From positions 1 through 55,674 of IMG/VR virus record IMGVR_UViG_3300020165_002390: DNA of 55,674 bases, one strand, 5' to 3'. Position numbers and translations under genes: made by a program. The notes beneath the pieces are model-generated. The model worked only from the letters and a program-made list of their open reading frames with translations. It ran no database searches and was not told the origin of the DNA. Positions 36,916 to 46,333 of this stretch are shown here, piece by piece; position 1 is the first letter of the stretch; the number at the start of each line of letters is the position of its first letter. Source of the stretch: a virus. Taxonomy: Duplodnaviria; Caudoviricetes.

Positions 36916-37162
36916 TTTTTTCAAAAGAGAACTAGACACATTGCCACCACACTTCGTGAACACAGTGGTAAAGGCACACGAGGCAGATGTAGAGAAGATG
37001 CGTAAGTGGATCTATGAGAACTGCCATGGCAGGTACTCAATTACCAAAGATGTAATCTACCAAGGCGACACGTCTAGATCATGCACAGTGATTGGTTTCG
37101 AGAATCCAGGAGATCTAACCCTGTTCGCATTGAGTGGTAAAGCCCAAATAAATCAAAACTAA
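36896..37162 (+). CDS. Hypothetical protein
   Basis: Likely GTG start; KWIYENCHGRY...IGFENPGDL..F.L. Confidence 0.6.
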   Translation: MKINPNNFFKRELDTLPPHFVNTVVKAHEADVEKMRKWIYENCHGRYSITKDVIYQGDTSRSCTVIGFENPGDLTLFALSGKAQINQN

Positions 37163-37165
37163 CCG

Positions 37166-37194
37166 TTGCACTCCATAACTAATTTTAGTATAAT
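37166..37194 (+). promoter_or_regulatory. Sigma70-type promoter TTGCAC-N17-TATAAT
   Basis: -35 at 37166-37171 and -10 at 37189-37194; AGGAGA RBS before ATG 37235. Confidence 0.7.
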
Positions 37195-37234
37195 ATACGT
37201 ATATTAATACCAATTGCAATTAGGAGAAATAACA

Positions 37235-37552
37235 ATGGCAACAAAAAAGAAAAACTTGAAAAAGTCTGCCACAACTGCTACTGCACCTCAGGCGACAGCG
37301 ACGGCTCAACCTCAGGCGGCACAGGCACAGGCACAGGCTCCACAACCGGATCCCACTGCTTTATCAATCGGCGACTTGAAGAACCTATTAACCATACTTG
37401 ACGTGGCATCCACAAGGGGTGCATTCAAGGCCAACGAGATGGCAGGTGTAGGAATTCTATACAACAAACTACAGGCGTTCTTGGCCAAAGTGGCACCAGA
37501 ACAAGCACCTGAAGGTACAGCAGGAGCACCAGCGACTGCGGAAGGACAATAA
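37235..37552 (+). CDS. Hypothetical protein with Lys-rich and Ala/Gln/Thr/Pro low-complexity N-terminus
   Basis: LSIGDLK..LDVASTRGAFKANEM core; (GCACAG)x3 at 37319-37336. Confidence 0.7.
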   Translation: MATKKKNLKKSATTATAPQATATAQPQAAQAQAQAPQPDPTALSIGDLKNLLTILDVASTRGAFKANEMAGVGILYNKLQAFLAKVAPEQAPEGTAGAPATAEGQ

Positions 37553-38088
37553 TGGCAACACTAATGAACGTTAATGACCAAGCCATGCCAATGGGTGCAG
37601 ACTCAGGAGCAGGTGAGGGAGCGACCGGTCCTAAGAGACACTTCAAACACATTGGAGAGCTCGTGGACGGTGGAGCAAAGGTAGTAATCATGTACAGGAC
37701 TGTTCCTGGTGAGGCCGACAACTGTCTTGTGGTGGGAACCAAGTTCTTGCCTGACATGTATCACAACGCATTGATGAAGGCCGTTGAATCAGAGGGCGGA
37801 CAAGACGCTGAGGAATTTGCGGACTTCGCCAGCAGACAGACGTTCCCAGATGGAACGAACATGTTGGCCATGATGCACAACGACAACTACATCAAGAAGT
37901 TCAAGACCAAGGAAATCATGGTCACTTTCGGCAACACCGCTGACGGTAGGATACTACTGAACAAGTTGAACGAGATGATAGCCAAGGAGAAGGGAACCAC
38001 TGTCAAGGACATGGCAACCGATCCGGAGGCACCAGCCAAAAAGACAACCAAGAAAGCGGATGCCAAAAAGACAACCGCCAAAGAATAA
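37552..38088 (+). CDS. Hypothetical phage protein
   Basis: KHIG...KVVIMYRTVP...CLVV; Lys-rich tail. Confidence 0.7.
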   Translation: MATLMNVNDQAMPMGADSGAGEGATGPKRHFKHIGELVDGGAKVVIMYRTVPGEADNCLVVGTKFLPDMYHNALMKAVESEGGQDAEEFADFASRQTFPDGTNMLAMMHNDNYIKKFKTKEIMVTFGNTADGRILLNKLNEMIAKEKGTTVKDMATDPEAPAKKTTKKADAKKTTAKE

Positions 38089-38404
38089 GACTTGGGTACA
38101 ACTGACGCAAGATTTCGTCAAGGAATGGCCGGAGGTTCTAGAGGGATTACATCTCAGGAACATGCCGGTCAAGTACCTGATGTACATAGACCTTTTACTC
38201 AAGAACAACATCACCATACACTACGACATAGCCAAGGAATTAAAATCCAAGAAACAGGAAACCATCGCTAGGTATCTGAGGAAAACGATAGAGGATAACT
38301 ACGTCAAGATAAAGAGCGTGGACATGAAGTTTGACATACCGGCATTGAAGCGTGACATGGAATCTCGAACTTCGTTAATAATGGCTAAGACTTTTAAGAA
38401 ATAG
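38060..38404 (+). CDS. Hypothetical protein
   Basis: EWPEVL...MPVKYL; last gene of the plus-strand block, overlapping the convergent gene. Confidence 0.6.
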   Translation: MPKRQPPKNKTWVQLTQDFVKEWPEVLEGLHLRNMPVKYLMYIDLLLKNNITIHYDIAKELKSKKQETIARYLRKTIEDNYVKIKSVDMKFDIPALKRDMESRTSLIMAKTFKK

Positions 38405-39689
38405 AATTGAACTTATTTTTTAACCATTCCAATTCATAAGACAACTGTAAAGCGTTTTTATCGCCTTTAACTTCATCGAAATATTGTACGGCGTCGAGAG
38501 CACCTTTATGTACATATGATGCATATTTGCCTACACCCAACTCACACCATTTTTTCAGCCTGTGCCGAGATTCTACTGTGGGTTTCATTTCACACAACTT
38601 GAGCACTTCTCTAAATGCCACACGCCAACTGATCTCTGGTGTTTGATTAAAATAACTTGTTCCACACAACTGTGGAACTACTGTGTGTGGTTGCGACAGC
38701 GTGAAATCTAAACTAGGATGAATTGTTGATAGGCATAGGTGTTTATTGTACAATATCACTGCCCTGTGTCCATACGACAGTCCATTCACAGGATTTTTAG
38801 CATGGAAGATGTAATGACAGGCTTCTCGTAGCCTATCAGGTTGGAAAGTGAAGTCAAAAGTAGGATCCAAATCTATTGTAGGGAACACTGCAAAGAAATA
38901 GGCCGTCTCACTCATAACGGCCGCGGCGTGGTATGCCTGTGTTCTTCCCTTAACCCCTTGTATGCGTTTTGCCCTTGGATATGCATCCTTGAGTGCCTTC
39001 CAATATTTGTCCGCACTGGGCTCGTCATAGGACAGGAAAACTATATCCATCGGCCTACGTGCATAATCTAAATTGAAGTGTACCTGTCTATCTATGTCAT
39101 AGAACTGGTTTATATCCTTGTCTCCAGGAACCAACATTATGTCCTTGGTTTCGCCCCATGTGTAAATCTTCTCATCCTCCCAAAAACTAGGATAAAAATC
39201 AGGAACAGGTTCGTCCTCTAGATCTTTATTGATCATCCATGTGTACAAAGTCTTTTGTTTTTTGTAGGCATCAACAGGATCTTTCAATTTGAAAATAGTT
39301 TTTGTAATTGGTCTTTGAAACAAAGTTTCGTGTTCATGGTAATTGATATCTTTGAAATCTCTGAGGAATCTTATAGAGTGCATCTGTTTTTTGAATTCCA
39401 TGGTAGGTATCAGCATCACGTTTCCCTCCTTGTTAAGTCCTCCCTGCGGATGTGTGGTATACCAAACGTGTATCTGGTCTCGTTCGTGCTGTTCGGGAAT
39501 GAAATCTAAGTCGATATCTTGCATATCAACAAAGTTACTAAAGAACCAAAAATATTCTGTTTTTATATCATTGATAACAGATTTAAGAACTGTGAGATAA
39601 CTCTCAACAAACGGCACTATCCTTGTGTTTGCAAAGGGCGATAGTATGTGCTTTGTTTGTTTGAATCTAACTTGCACACTATCGAACAT
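38394..39689 (-). CDS. Glycosyltransferase-like protein (GT-A-like C-terminal domain)
   Basis: DIVFLSYDEP, GVKG..AYHAAA, NPVNGLSYG, WRVAFRE; homologous to 53592-54494 but lacks its VDGD. Confidence 0.55.
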   Translation of the reverse strand: MFDSVQVRFKQTKHILSPFANTRIVPFVESYLTVLKSVINDIKTEYFWFFSNFVDMQDIDLDFIPEQHERDQIHVWYTTHPQGGLNKEGNVMLIPTMEFKKQMHSIRFLRDFKDINYHEHETLFQRPITKTIFKLKDPVDAYKKQKTLYTWMINKDLEDEPVPDFYPSFWEDEKIYTWGETKDIMLVPGDKDINQFYDIDRQVHFNLDYARRPMDIVFLSYDEPSADKYWKALKDAYPRAKRIQGVKGRTQAYHAAAVMSETAYFFAVFPTIDLDPTFDFTFQPDRLREACHYIFHAKNPVNGLSYGHRAVILYNKHLCLSTIHPSLDFTLSQPHTVVPQLCGTSYFNQTPEISWRVAFREVLKLCEMKPTVESRHRLKKWCELGVGKYASYVHKGALDAVQYFDEVKGDKNALQLSYELEWLKNKFNSIS

Positions 39690-40740
39690 GTATAAATTCC
39701 TTTATTCTATCACAAATGTAATCAACTTCCTTTATTTTCAAATGTGGATATATAGGCAAACTCAACGCCATAGCACAAACCTTTTCAGCATTGGGGTATT
39801 GTCCGATATTCATACTGTCTAATGTCTTAGGATAATGTATTTTAGTCTCTATACCGTTTTGTGCAAGAAATGTTTTCAAGTCATCTCGCCTATCGGATAG
39901 AATGACTAACTTGTGATGACTGGATTTTGCGTTGTCTTGCGATTCTATGATAAGACTATCTGGTAATAGTTTTTTATATCGTTTGAATACCTTCTCCCTC
40001 TTCTTCTGCAGTTTATTAAATTTGCTTAACAACAACAGTAATTGGTTTGCATGATCTTCGGATATTAAACTGTTGTACCCATATGGCAAATTGCTGTTCT
40101 GTCCGTGCCTACGTAACGATATCACTGTGTCGTACACATCCTTGCTGTCGGTCAGCACCATACCACCTGCGCCAAAACTAGGCATGTTCTTCATAGGATC
40201 AAAACTGAAAACGCTGACATCTCCTAGAGCACCTGACGGAGTCTTGCCGTGCATCGCTCCCTGTGATTGTGCGGCGTCTTCTATCAATGGTATCTTGTGA
40301 TTATCACAGTATTTTCTTATCCTGGTGTAGTCGGCCGGATTCCCAAACATGTTGACATAGAGAATTGCATTTGGTAGGCCCATTATGCCCCAGTCACCTA
40401 TGTTTCCATTCTCATCCGTGTCAACAAATCGTATGTCTGCACCCAGACGTTTTATCGCACCCGCGGTTGCCACGTAACTAAATGCTGGACACAGTACCGT
40501 ACTACTTTTGTTTAGACCAACTGCCTTCATGGCGAAGTACAGTCCGTCTGTGGCACTGCCCACACCTATGGCATATTTCCGTTTGTATTTTTTTGCAATT
40601 TCTGTTTCCAATTGGTTGAGGTACTTGCCTTGTAGGACGTCTCCAGACTCCCATACTGCTTTGGCTCTTCTTGAAAGTCTCCAACTGTAATCCTTGTAGA
40701 GCCTGTCAACACCATTAAATTTAATTTTGTAGCCAGTCAT
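39679..40740 (-). CDS. DegT/DnrJ/EryC1/StrS PLP-dependent sugar aminotransferase
   Basis: SATDGL, IEDAAQS, SFDPMKN (PLP Lys), IHYP, LSLPIYP. Confidence 0.92.
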   Translation of the reverse strand: MTGYKIKFNGVDRLYKDYSWRLSRRAKAVWESGDVLQGKYLNQLETEIAKKYKRKYAIGVGSATDGLYFAMKAVGLNKSSTVLCPAFSYVATAGAIKRLGADIRFVDTDENGNIGDWGIMGLPNAILYVNMFGNPADYTRIRKYCDNHKIPLIEDAAQSQGAMHGKTPSGALGDVSVFSFDPMKNMPSFGAGGMVLTDSKDVYDTVISLRRHGQNSNLPYGYNSLISEDHANQLLLLLSKFNKLQKKREKVFKRYKKLLPDSLIIESQDNAKSSHHKLVILSDRRDDLKTFLAQNGIETKIHYPKTLDSMNIGQYPNAEKVCAMALSLPIYPHLKIKEVDYICDRIKEFIHVR

Positions 40741-41665
40741 AATAACTTTTTAGTCCTTGATCTAGTGTAAACTGTGGTTCATACTCCAGCAAGTCTTTTG
40801 CCCTACTAATGTCTAGTGTACCACGCATTGGATACAGTTTGTGATTGCCGATGTCCTCTATGTCTGAATCACTACCTGTGATATCTATAATTTTTTCTGC
40901 CAATGTCCTCAGGCTTATGGCGTTGCCGGCCGTTATATTGAAACTGACGTTGGCCACAGATGACAGAGCCGCTAGTATTATACCTCTTGCCGCATCTTGC
41001 CTGTACGTAAAATCAACTTTGTTTTCACCATTGTGTAATGTAATTGTTTTGTTGCTCATTGCTTTCTCGAAAAATTTAGATACTACCCTATCAGGCATAT
41101 CGCCAGGTCCATACACGCCGCTTGGTCTTATGATGTTGTAGTTTAACTCATCTCTCTTTGCAAACAGTTTAACCATACGTTCGCCTGTTAATTTTGCTTC
41201 ACCGTAAATGTTCTTTGGCTTTGTATTTGCATCTTCTTTGGTGCCATCTACAAAATCTCCATAAACCATACTGCTACTAATATAAACAAATTTTTTAATA
41301 TTCCATTTTGACGAGTGCCACAATAAATTAGTGGTTGTGTTGATTACTTTTGGGATTCCAAGAATAGGATCTTCGTCGACTATTTTTGCTCTGGGATAAG
41401 TTGCTAAATGAATCACTATTTCCGGATTGTGTGAAAATGCTTTCAAGCAAACAAGCCTATCCAATATATCTCCTGGTATCATTGACACGTTTTCTAGTTT
41501 CCAATTCCTGGTTCGCCATTCGTAAAGTTTGTATAATTCTTGTTTGGTCATTATGCCATATGTGTCATGATTATCAACTACGGTAACTTTGTGCCCGTCA
41601 TTAGACAACATCTCTACGATCTTCGAACCTATAAAGCCTTTTCCGCCTGTTACTAAAATTTTCAT
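40721..41665 (-). CDS. NAD-dependent nucleotide-sugar epimerase/dehydratase
   Basis: VTGGKGFIG, ISSSMVYG, YGEAK, RPSGVYGP. Confidence 0.92.
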   Translation of the reverse strand: MKILVTGGKGFIGSKIVEMLSNDGHKVTVVDNHDTYGIMTKQELYKLYEWRTRNWKLENVSMIPGDILDRLVCLKAFSHNPEIVIHLATYPRAKIVDEDPILGIPKVINTTTNLLWHSSKWNIKKFVYISSSMVYGDFVDGTKEDANTKPKNIYGEAKLTGERMVKLFAKRDELNYNIIRPSGVYGPGDMPDRVVSKFFEKAMSNKTITLHNGENKVDFTYRQDAARGIILAALSSVANVSFNITAGNAISLRTLAEKIIDITGSDSDIEDIGNHKLYPMRGTLDISRAKDLLEYEPQFTLDQGLKSYYDWLQN

Positions 41666-41666
41666 A

Positions 41667-42764
41667 TTAATTTGTATAGTAGCCTACTCCGTATTTTTTG
41701 TCAACAACATTCTTACCGCATTTTTGAGAACATTCAACAAATGCATTTTTATTAAAACTATCAAATAAAGTTTGCCATAAGTCATCATTTAAAATTTGTT
41801 CTAAAGATCTGTTGCCCTTTGCGTTTACTAGATGCTTATTCTTAACGAAGAAACTATCCTTCCAATTTATAACTTTTCCGTCATGTTCTAAACTCTTATA
41901 CGGAAAACTTGTCCAACTACACGGAAATATTGTTCCTTCTGCATTCATGTACAACCCTCTGTTTCCTATGAGGCACATAGGCACAATGTCTCCAGTAAAT
42001 TGTTTTTTAATTTCATTAAATTTTTTATAATTTGTTTTCATGTAATTTAATCTTACTGGTATTCTGCCGGATAAATTTTTTATGTGCCGTTCATATCTGT
42101 GCGTCTTGCTGATAAATTTATCGCTTGGCTCCAAAGGATCACTTTCTCCGCCATAAGCATCACCATACTTCGATCCAAATTTGGTGCTATACGTGAGTTG
42201 TAATTGATCACACCCTTGTTTTTGTGCTAATTGTTTTATATGGTCTAACTTCTCTTCGTTGAATTTAAATATTATAGTCGCCCAGTTTACAAAAATCTCA
42301 CTTTCATCAGCACATATTTTCATTCCGGTCATAATACTATCCCAATGATTGTTTACCCTGTATAAATCATTAGACTCTTGATCATAGCCATCTACACTAA
42401 AGTTTATTGAATCGTGCTTGTTAGATACTGCGGCAAAATCCTTCCACCATTTAGCGGTTTTATAACTTCCGTTAGTTATTGTGAATATTTGTATTTTTGG
42501 ATTGTATGATTTTATGTAATCTATTATTGCAACATAGTCTTTAGCATAAATTGGATCACCTACGTCACCACACATTGTAAACCTTTGTGTATATTCAAGA
42601 ATGTTATGGGGGAATACCCTTTTAAATTCTTGTAATGAAATCTCTTTTTGCATCCAACTTATATCTGGATGTTCCTGTCTAGGACATCTTGGACACTTTA
42701 GGCTACACTTTGAACTTGGCTCTATATGCCAATGATACATCTGCCACCCATATCTATTCAACAT
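41667..42764 (-). CDS. Radical SAM protein with C-terminal twitch/SPASM domain
   Basis: CSLKCPRC, GDVGDP, TNG, FSVDG; C-terminal C...GTIFPC...CSQKC. Confidence 0.88.
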   Translation of the reverse strand: MLNRYGWQMYHWHIEPSSKCSLKCPRCPRQEHPDISWMQKEISLQEFKRVFPHNILEYTQRFTMCGDVGDPIYAKDYVAIIDYIKSYNPKIQIFTITNGSYKTAKWWKDFAAVSNKHDSINFSVDGYDQESNDLYRVNNHWDSIMTGMKICADESEIFVNWATIIFKFNEEKLDHIKQLAQKQGCDQLQLTYSTKFGSKYGDAYGGESDPLEPSDKFISKTHRYERHIKNLSGRIPVRLNYMKTNYKKFNEIKKQFTGDIVPMCLIGNRGLYMNAEGTIFPCSWTSFPYKSLEHDGKVINWKDSFFVKNKHLVNAKGNRSLEQILNDDLWQTLFDSFNKNAFVECSQKCGKNVVDKKYGVGYYTN

Positions 42765-43260
42765 AAAAATAAATCTCCGGTATGTATAATTTATGTTCTA
42801 AAACAAATCTTACTATACTGACCACGTCGCTTGTGGTCATTTTTTTTCTGCTTTGATTTGCTGTTAATTTTGTATCAGTAACTCCTGGATTAATAAGATA
42901 TGATTTGCATTTGGTTGTTTTCAAATTTACAATATCACAGTGTGCTTTCCTTAAATCTCTTTTGTAATCAACATAGTCTTGATAATTCGAACCTGTAGGC
43001 ATATATGAAGATACTGAACTACCAATTGATATTATTTTCTTTGATTCATCTTTCCATTTGGTAAAGAAAAAATTAAGCAGTTTAGTTTGGCAATCGTTGT
43101 GCCATGCATTGTTTATGAATACTTTGCAATCTTTTAGTTTATTATATACCACTTCTGGGTCATTTATATCTCCATGTGCTCTATCAAATATTACAAAGTT
43201 GTAGGGCATATCCAGTAATGCTTTTCCTATTCCAGAAGTAGTTCCTGTTATACCTATCAT
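42754..43260 (-). CDS. Short-chain dehydrogenase/reductase (compact)
   Basis: ITGTTSGIG, FINNA, YVDYK, INPG. Confidence 0.8.
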   Translation of the reverse strand: MIGITGTTSGIGKALLDMPYNFVIFDRAHGDINDPEVVYNKLKDCKVFINNAWHNDCQTKLLNFFFTKWKDESKKIISIGSSVSSYMPTGSNYQDYVDYKRDLRKAHCDIVNLKTTKCKSYLINPGVTDTKLTANQSRKKMTTSDVVSIVRFVLEHKLYIPEIYFYVE

Positions 43261-44726
43261 AACACTTTTACCCCATACTTTGCTGTCCAGTCTTTACCAT
43301 CTTTGGTGTCATTTACCATGGGCATACCCTTGATGTTCAAACTAGTATTCAAAAGTATGGGACAACCTGTCTCTTTCTTCCATGCTTTCAGCAGTTCATA
43401 AAACCCTTCATTGTCGCTTTTTGACACGGTTTGCACCCTAGATGTGCCGTCATAGTGCAATATGGCAGGACAGTCTTTACCATGCGTGTACGCCGCTGTG
43501 TATTGCATATAGGGGGTGTTTTTCACGCCGGTAGGTAGGTCAAAATAGTCGTTTACATCCTCTTCTAGTATGGCTGGAGCAAACGGTCTGAACTTCTGTC
43601 TTTTCTTTATACCATTTACCAGATCCTTGATCTCCTCACCCCTGGGGTCGGCTAATAACGATCTATTACCAAGTGCCCTTGGTCCAAACTCTGCCCTACC
43701 ATTTGCAACTCCCACCATCTTGTTTTCTTTCAATTCTTTAATAATTGCGTCCACAGGATACTCACCTTCTATGTTGTGCCCTAGGAATGGATGTTTCCAA
43801 TTGATGTGTGATTTTTGGTGTGCCGCTATACAACCCAGACTGGATCCTGCATCTCCTGGATTTGGTATGATCCATATGTTGTCAAACAATCCTAAATTTG
43901 CAAGTAACTTGTTGGCCGCACAGTTAAGTGCTACCCCGCCGGCATATACCAAATTACGTGAACCGTACTTGCTGGCCCTGTGCCATAGATCTGCAAGGCA
44001 TTCTTCTGTGACTGCCTGTATGCTGGCCGCTAGGTCCATCGGGTCTGCTTCCGGATGCCATTCACTCAGTCCTCTGTGTAAATTTTTCTTAAGTTTGAAA
44101 GGTGACTGATGCACAAAGTCATTGTATATGTCTTCCTTATATTTGGGTTTGCCGTATGCGGCCATGCCCATTAGGATATATTCTTCTTCCGCAGGTTTCA
44201 ATCCACAACGATGTGTGAATGCTGAATACAATATACCTATGCTGTGTGGATACTTAATTGTTTCTTTTCTTTCTATCCAAATTTTGTCCGCAGTTGATAT
44301 GGAAACAGTATCCCATTCACCTATGGCGTCCACTGTGAGTATTGTTGCTCCTGTGTCCTTGAATGGTGACGTGAAATAACCTGCCGCGGCGTGTGAGTCA
44401 TGGTGTTTCACATACTCATCAATCTTGATGTTGAAGTGATCCAGGTGCCACTGTGGCATCTCTGTGTAACTGAAGGCATCTGCCCATTGTCCTGCGTACA
44501 GTTGCCTTGTTTTCTTAAGCCATGGTTTTTCGTAGTAAACAACTTTATCGAATGGACCATAGGTCATTGCTTCATTCACTATTGCCCAATTCAAGTAATG
44601 ATCATTCTTAACTTTTGAATAACGTTCACTGTGTGCCGCCCACAATATTTCACCTATGCCAGAGCTATAGTCCACAACACTCATGGACGCATCGTGGTTC
44701 ATGCAGTTTATTCCTAGTATCCTCAT
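43257..44726 (-). CDS. O-carbamoyltransferase (NodU/CmcH/TobZ family)
   Basis: HDAS, ERYSKVK, HHDSHA, DAIGE, GGVALN, EFGPRALGNRS, RPFAP, DGTSRVQT, LLNTSLN; start moved to ATG 44726. Confidence 0.93.
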   Translation of the reverse strand: MRILGINCMNHDASMSVVDYSSGIGEILWAAHSERYSKVKNDHYLNWAIVNEAMTYGPFDKVVYYEKPWLKKTRQLYAGQWADAFSYTEMPQWHLDHFNIKIDEYVKHHDSHAAAGYFTSPFKDTGATILTVDAIGEWDTVSISTADKIWIERKETIKYPHSIGILYSAFTHRCGLKPAEEEYILMGMAAYGKPKYKEDIYNDFVHQSPFKLKKNLHRGLSEWHPEADPMDLAASIQAVTEECLADLWHRASKYGSRNLVYAGGVALNCAANKLLANLGLFDNIWIIPNPGDAGSSLGCIAAHQKSHINWKHPFLGHNIEGEYPVDAIIKELKENKMVGVANGRAEFGPRALGNRSLLADPRGEEIKDLVNGIKKRQKFRPFAPAILEEDVNDYFDLPTGVKNTPYMQYTAAYTHGKDCPAILHYDGTSRVQTVSKSDNEGFYELLKAWKKETGCPILLNTSLNIKGMPMVNDTKDGKDWTAKYGVKVL

Positions 44727-45673
44727 TAGGATTCCTTTGTGGCTAGATATTTCTCGGCCTCTAGTGCGGCCATACAACCCATTCCTGCGGCCGTGACTGC
44801 CTGCCTGTAAGTTTTATCTTTCACATCACCTGCGGCATACACACCAGGTATATTTGTTTCTGTACTGTCTGGTCTAGTAATGATGTAGTTTTCATCGTCC
44901 ATTTCTATCTGTCCTTTGAAAATTTGTGTTGCTGGGTCATGTCCTATTGCTATAAACACACCATCAACATCTACAGTTGTAGTGCCTAAACCAAAATCAT
45001 CTTTTGTATTTTTTAATTTTACGCCAGTAACATTTAGTGGATCGTCATTTCCGATCACTTCTTCTATTTGGCTATTCCATATAACTTCTACTTTTGGATT
45101 GCTGAACAACCTATCTTGTAATATTTTTTCCGCTCTTAGACTGTCTCTTCTGTGTACAAGGTAAACTTTACTAGCAATATTTGTTAAGTATAATGCTTCT
45201 TCAACAGCACTGTTACCGCCGCCTACCACTAATACTGTTTTGTCTTGGAAAAAGAATCCATCACAAGTAGCACAGGCACTTACACCATAACCGTTAAATT
45301 TCTTTTCACTGTCGATGCCTAACCATCTTGCTTGGGCGCCTGTTGATATAATCACACTGTCTGCCGTGTATGTTTCCCCACTTTCTCCAATTGCCGTGAA
45401 AGGCCTTTGACCGAAGTCCACTGACTTGATCATGTCTGTGATGATATCTGTTCCAACACTCTTTGCTTGTTGTTGCATTTGTTCCATTAACCACGGACCT
45501 TGTATCACATCACCAAATCCTGGATAGTTTTCAACGTCTGTCGTTATCGTCAACTGACCACCTGGTTGTGTGCCTTGCACCATCATTGGCTTCAGCATGG
45601 CCCTCGCTGTGTATATTGCGGCTGTGTATCCTGCGGGTCCTGATCCGATTATCAATACTTTCGAGTGTTTCAT
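44726..45673 (-). CDS. trxB: Thioredoxin-disulfide reductase
   Basis: IIGSGPAG, VENYPGF, CATCDG, VGGGNSA, AAGDV; start moved to ATG 45673. Confidence 0.95.
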   Translation of the reverse strand: MKHSKVLIIGSGPAGYTAAIYTARAMLKPMMVQGTQPGGQLTITTDVENYPGFGDVIQGPWLMEQMQQQAKSVGTDIITDMIKSVDFGQRPFTAIGESGETYTADSVIISTGAQARWLGIDSEKKFNGYGVSACATCDGFFFQDKTVLVVGGGNSAVEEALYLTNIASKVYLVHRRDSLRAEKILQDRLFSNPKVEVIWNSQIEEVIGNDDPLNVTGVKLKNTKDDFGLGTTTVDVDGVFIAIGHDPATQIFKGQIEMDDENYIITRPDSTETNIPGVYAAGDVKDKTYRQAVTAAGMGCMAALEAEKYLATKES

Positions 45674-46227
45674 CTTATATTGAACCATCCTTTCGCTCTG
45701 TTTTTTAACACTTCCCATGTTTCCAATTCAATGTCATATTCAAAGTTCTGTGTTGTTAGATGTTTTCCCACCAACTTGGCTCCGTTCTTCAGATGGAACT
45801 TCTCTGCCATTTCTGTTAGAGGTGAGAGTGTGACCAATCTGTTCAAGTGATTGGATTGCTTGATCATCTTGTACACTTCGTTGACCATGTGCTTTCCGCC
45901 ACCTTTCTTCTTGGCCCACACCGTGTAGGCTATTGCCGTTGAACCTTGTACTCCTGCCCTGTTTACTGCCTGCATGGCGGCGTCCCGACTCATGGTATCC
46001 ATCTCCTCCACGCTCTTTGGTATTCCGTGTGTGAAGGCGAAACACATAACAGCCGCTATGTCACCTTCCTCGTCTTTGATCCCAAATATCTTCCTGCCAT
46101 GGGATTGTCTAAACTCTAGGCTTAATTCTGGTCGTACCGGATCTTCCGTGACATCTATGTACGGCAACTCTATCAGTTCGAACTTGGCCTTCTTTTCCAG
46201 TGCCTTTTTAATTTTTGTTAATACCAT
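45670..46227 (-). CDS. Hypothetical protein, GNAT-like fold possible
   Basis: AYTVWAKKKGGGK, LVTLSP and FHLKNGA resemble GNAT motifs A/B. Confidence 0.45.
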   Translation of the reverse strand: MVLTKIKKALEKKAKFELIELPYIDVTEDPVRPELSLEFRQSHGRKIFGIKDEEGDIAAVMCFAFTHGIPKSVEEMDTMSRDAAMQAVNRAGVQGSTAIAYTVWAKKKGGGKHMVNEVYKMIKQSNHLNRLVTLSPLTEMAEKFHLKNGAKLVGKHLTTQNFEYDIELETWEVLKNRAKGWFNIR

Positions 46228-46228
46228 T

Positions 46229-46333
46229 TTACTTGTATATGAATGGGTCTTTCTTTTTCAGCTCTTTGAGTCTTTTCCTGTACTTCAGTTCTTGTTTGAT
46301 CTTGTCGATCATTTTACGTATCCATGTTAACAT
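46229..46333 (-). CDS. 34-aa basic peptide ending KKKDPFIYK, not in the ORF track
   Basis: MLTWIRKMIDKIKQELKYRKRLKELKKKDPFIYK; AGGAG RBS; TAATG coupling to the upstream gene. Confidence 0.65.
   Translation of the reverse strand: MLTWIRKMIDKIKQELKYRKRLKELKKKDPFIYK

Noticed and set aside
37270-37345. Short tandem repeats encoding ATATA/QAQAQA
   Set aside because: Only three exact 6-nt units; an ordinary low-complexity linker
317-38217. Many minus-strand ORFs antisense to plus-strand genes (e.g. 4734-5516, 21720-22385) and plus-strand ORFs antisense to the block beyond 38.4 kb
   Set aside because: They are shadows of well-supported genes, with Ser/Phe/Leu-rich composition and no motifs or RBS
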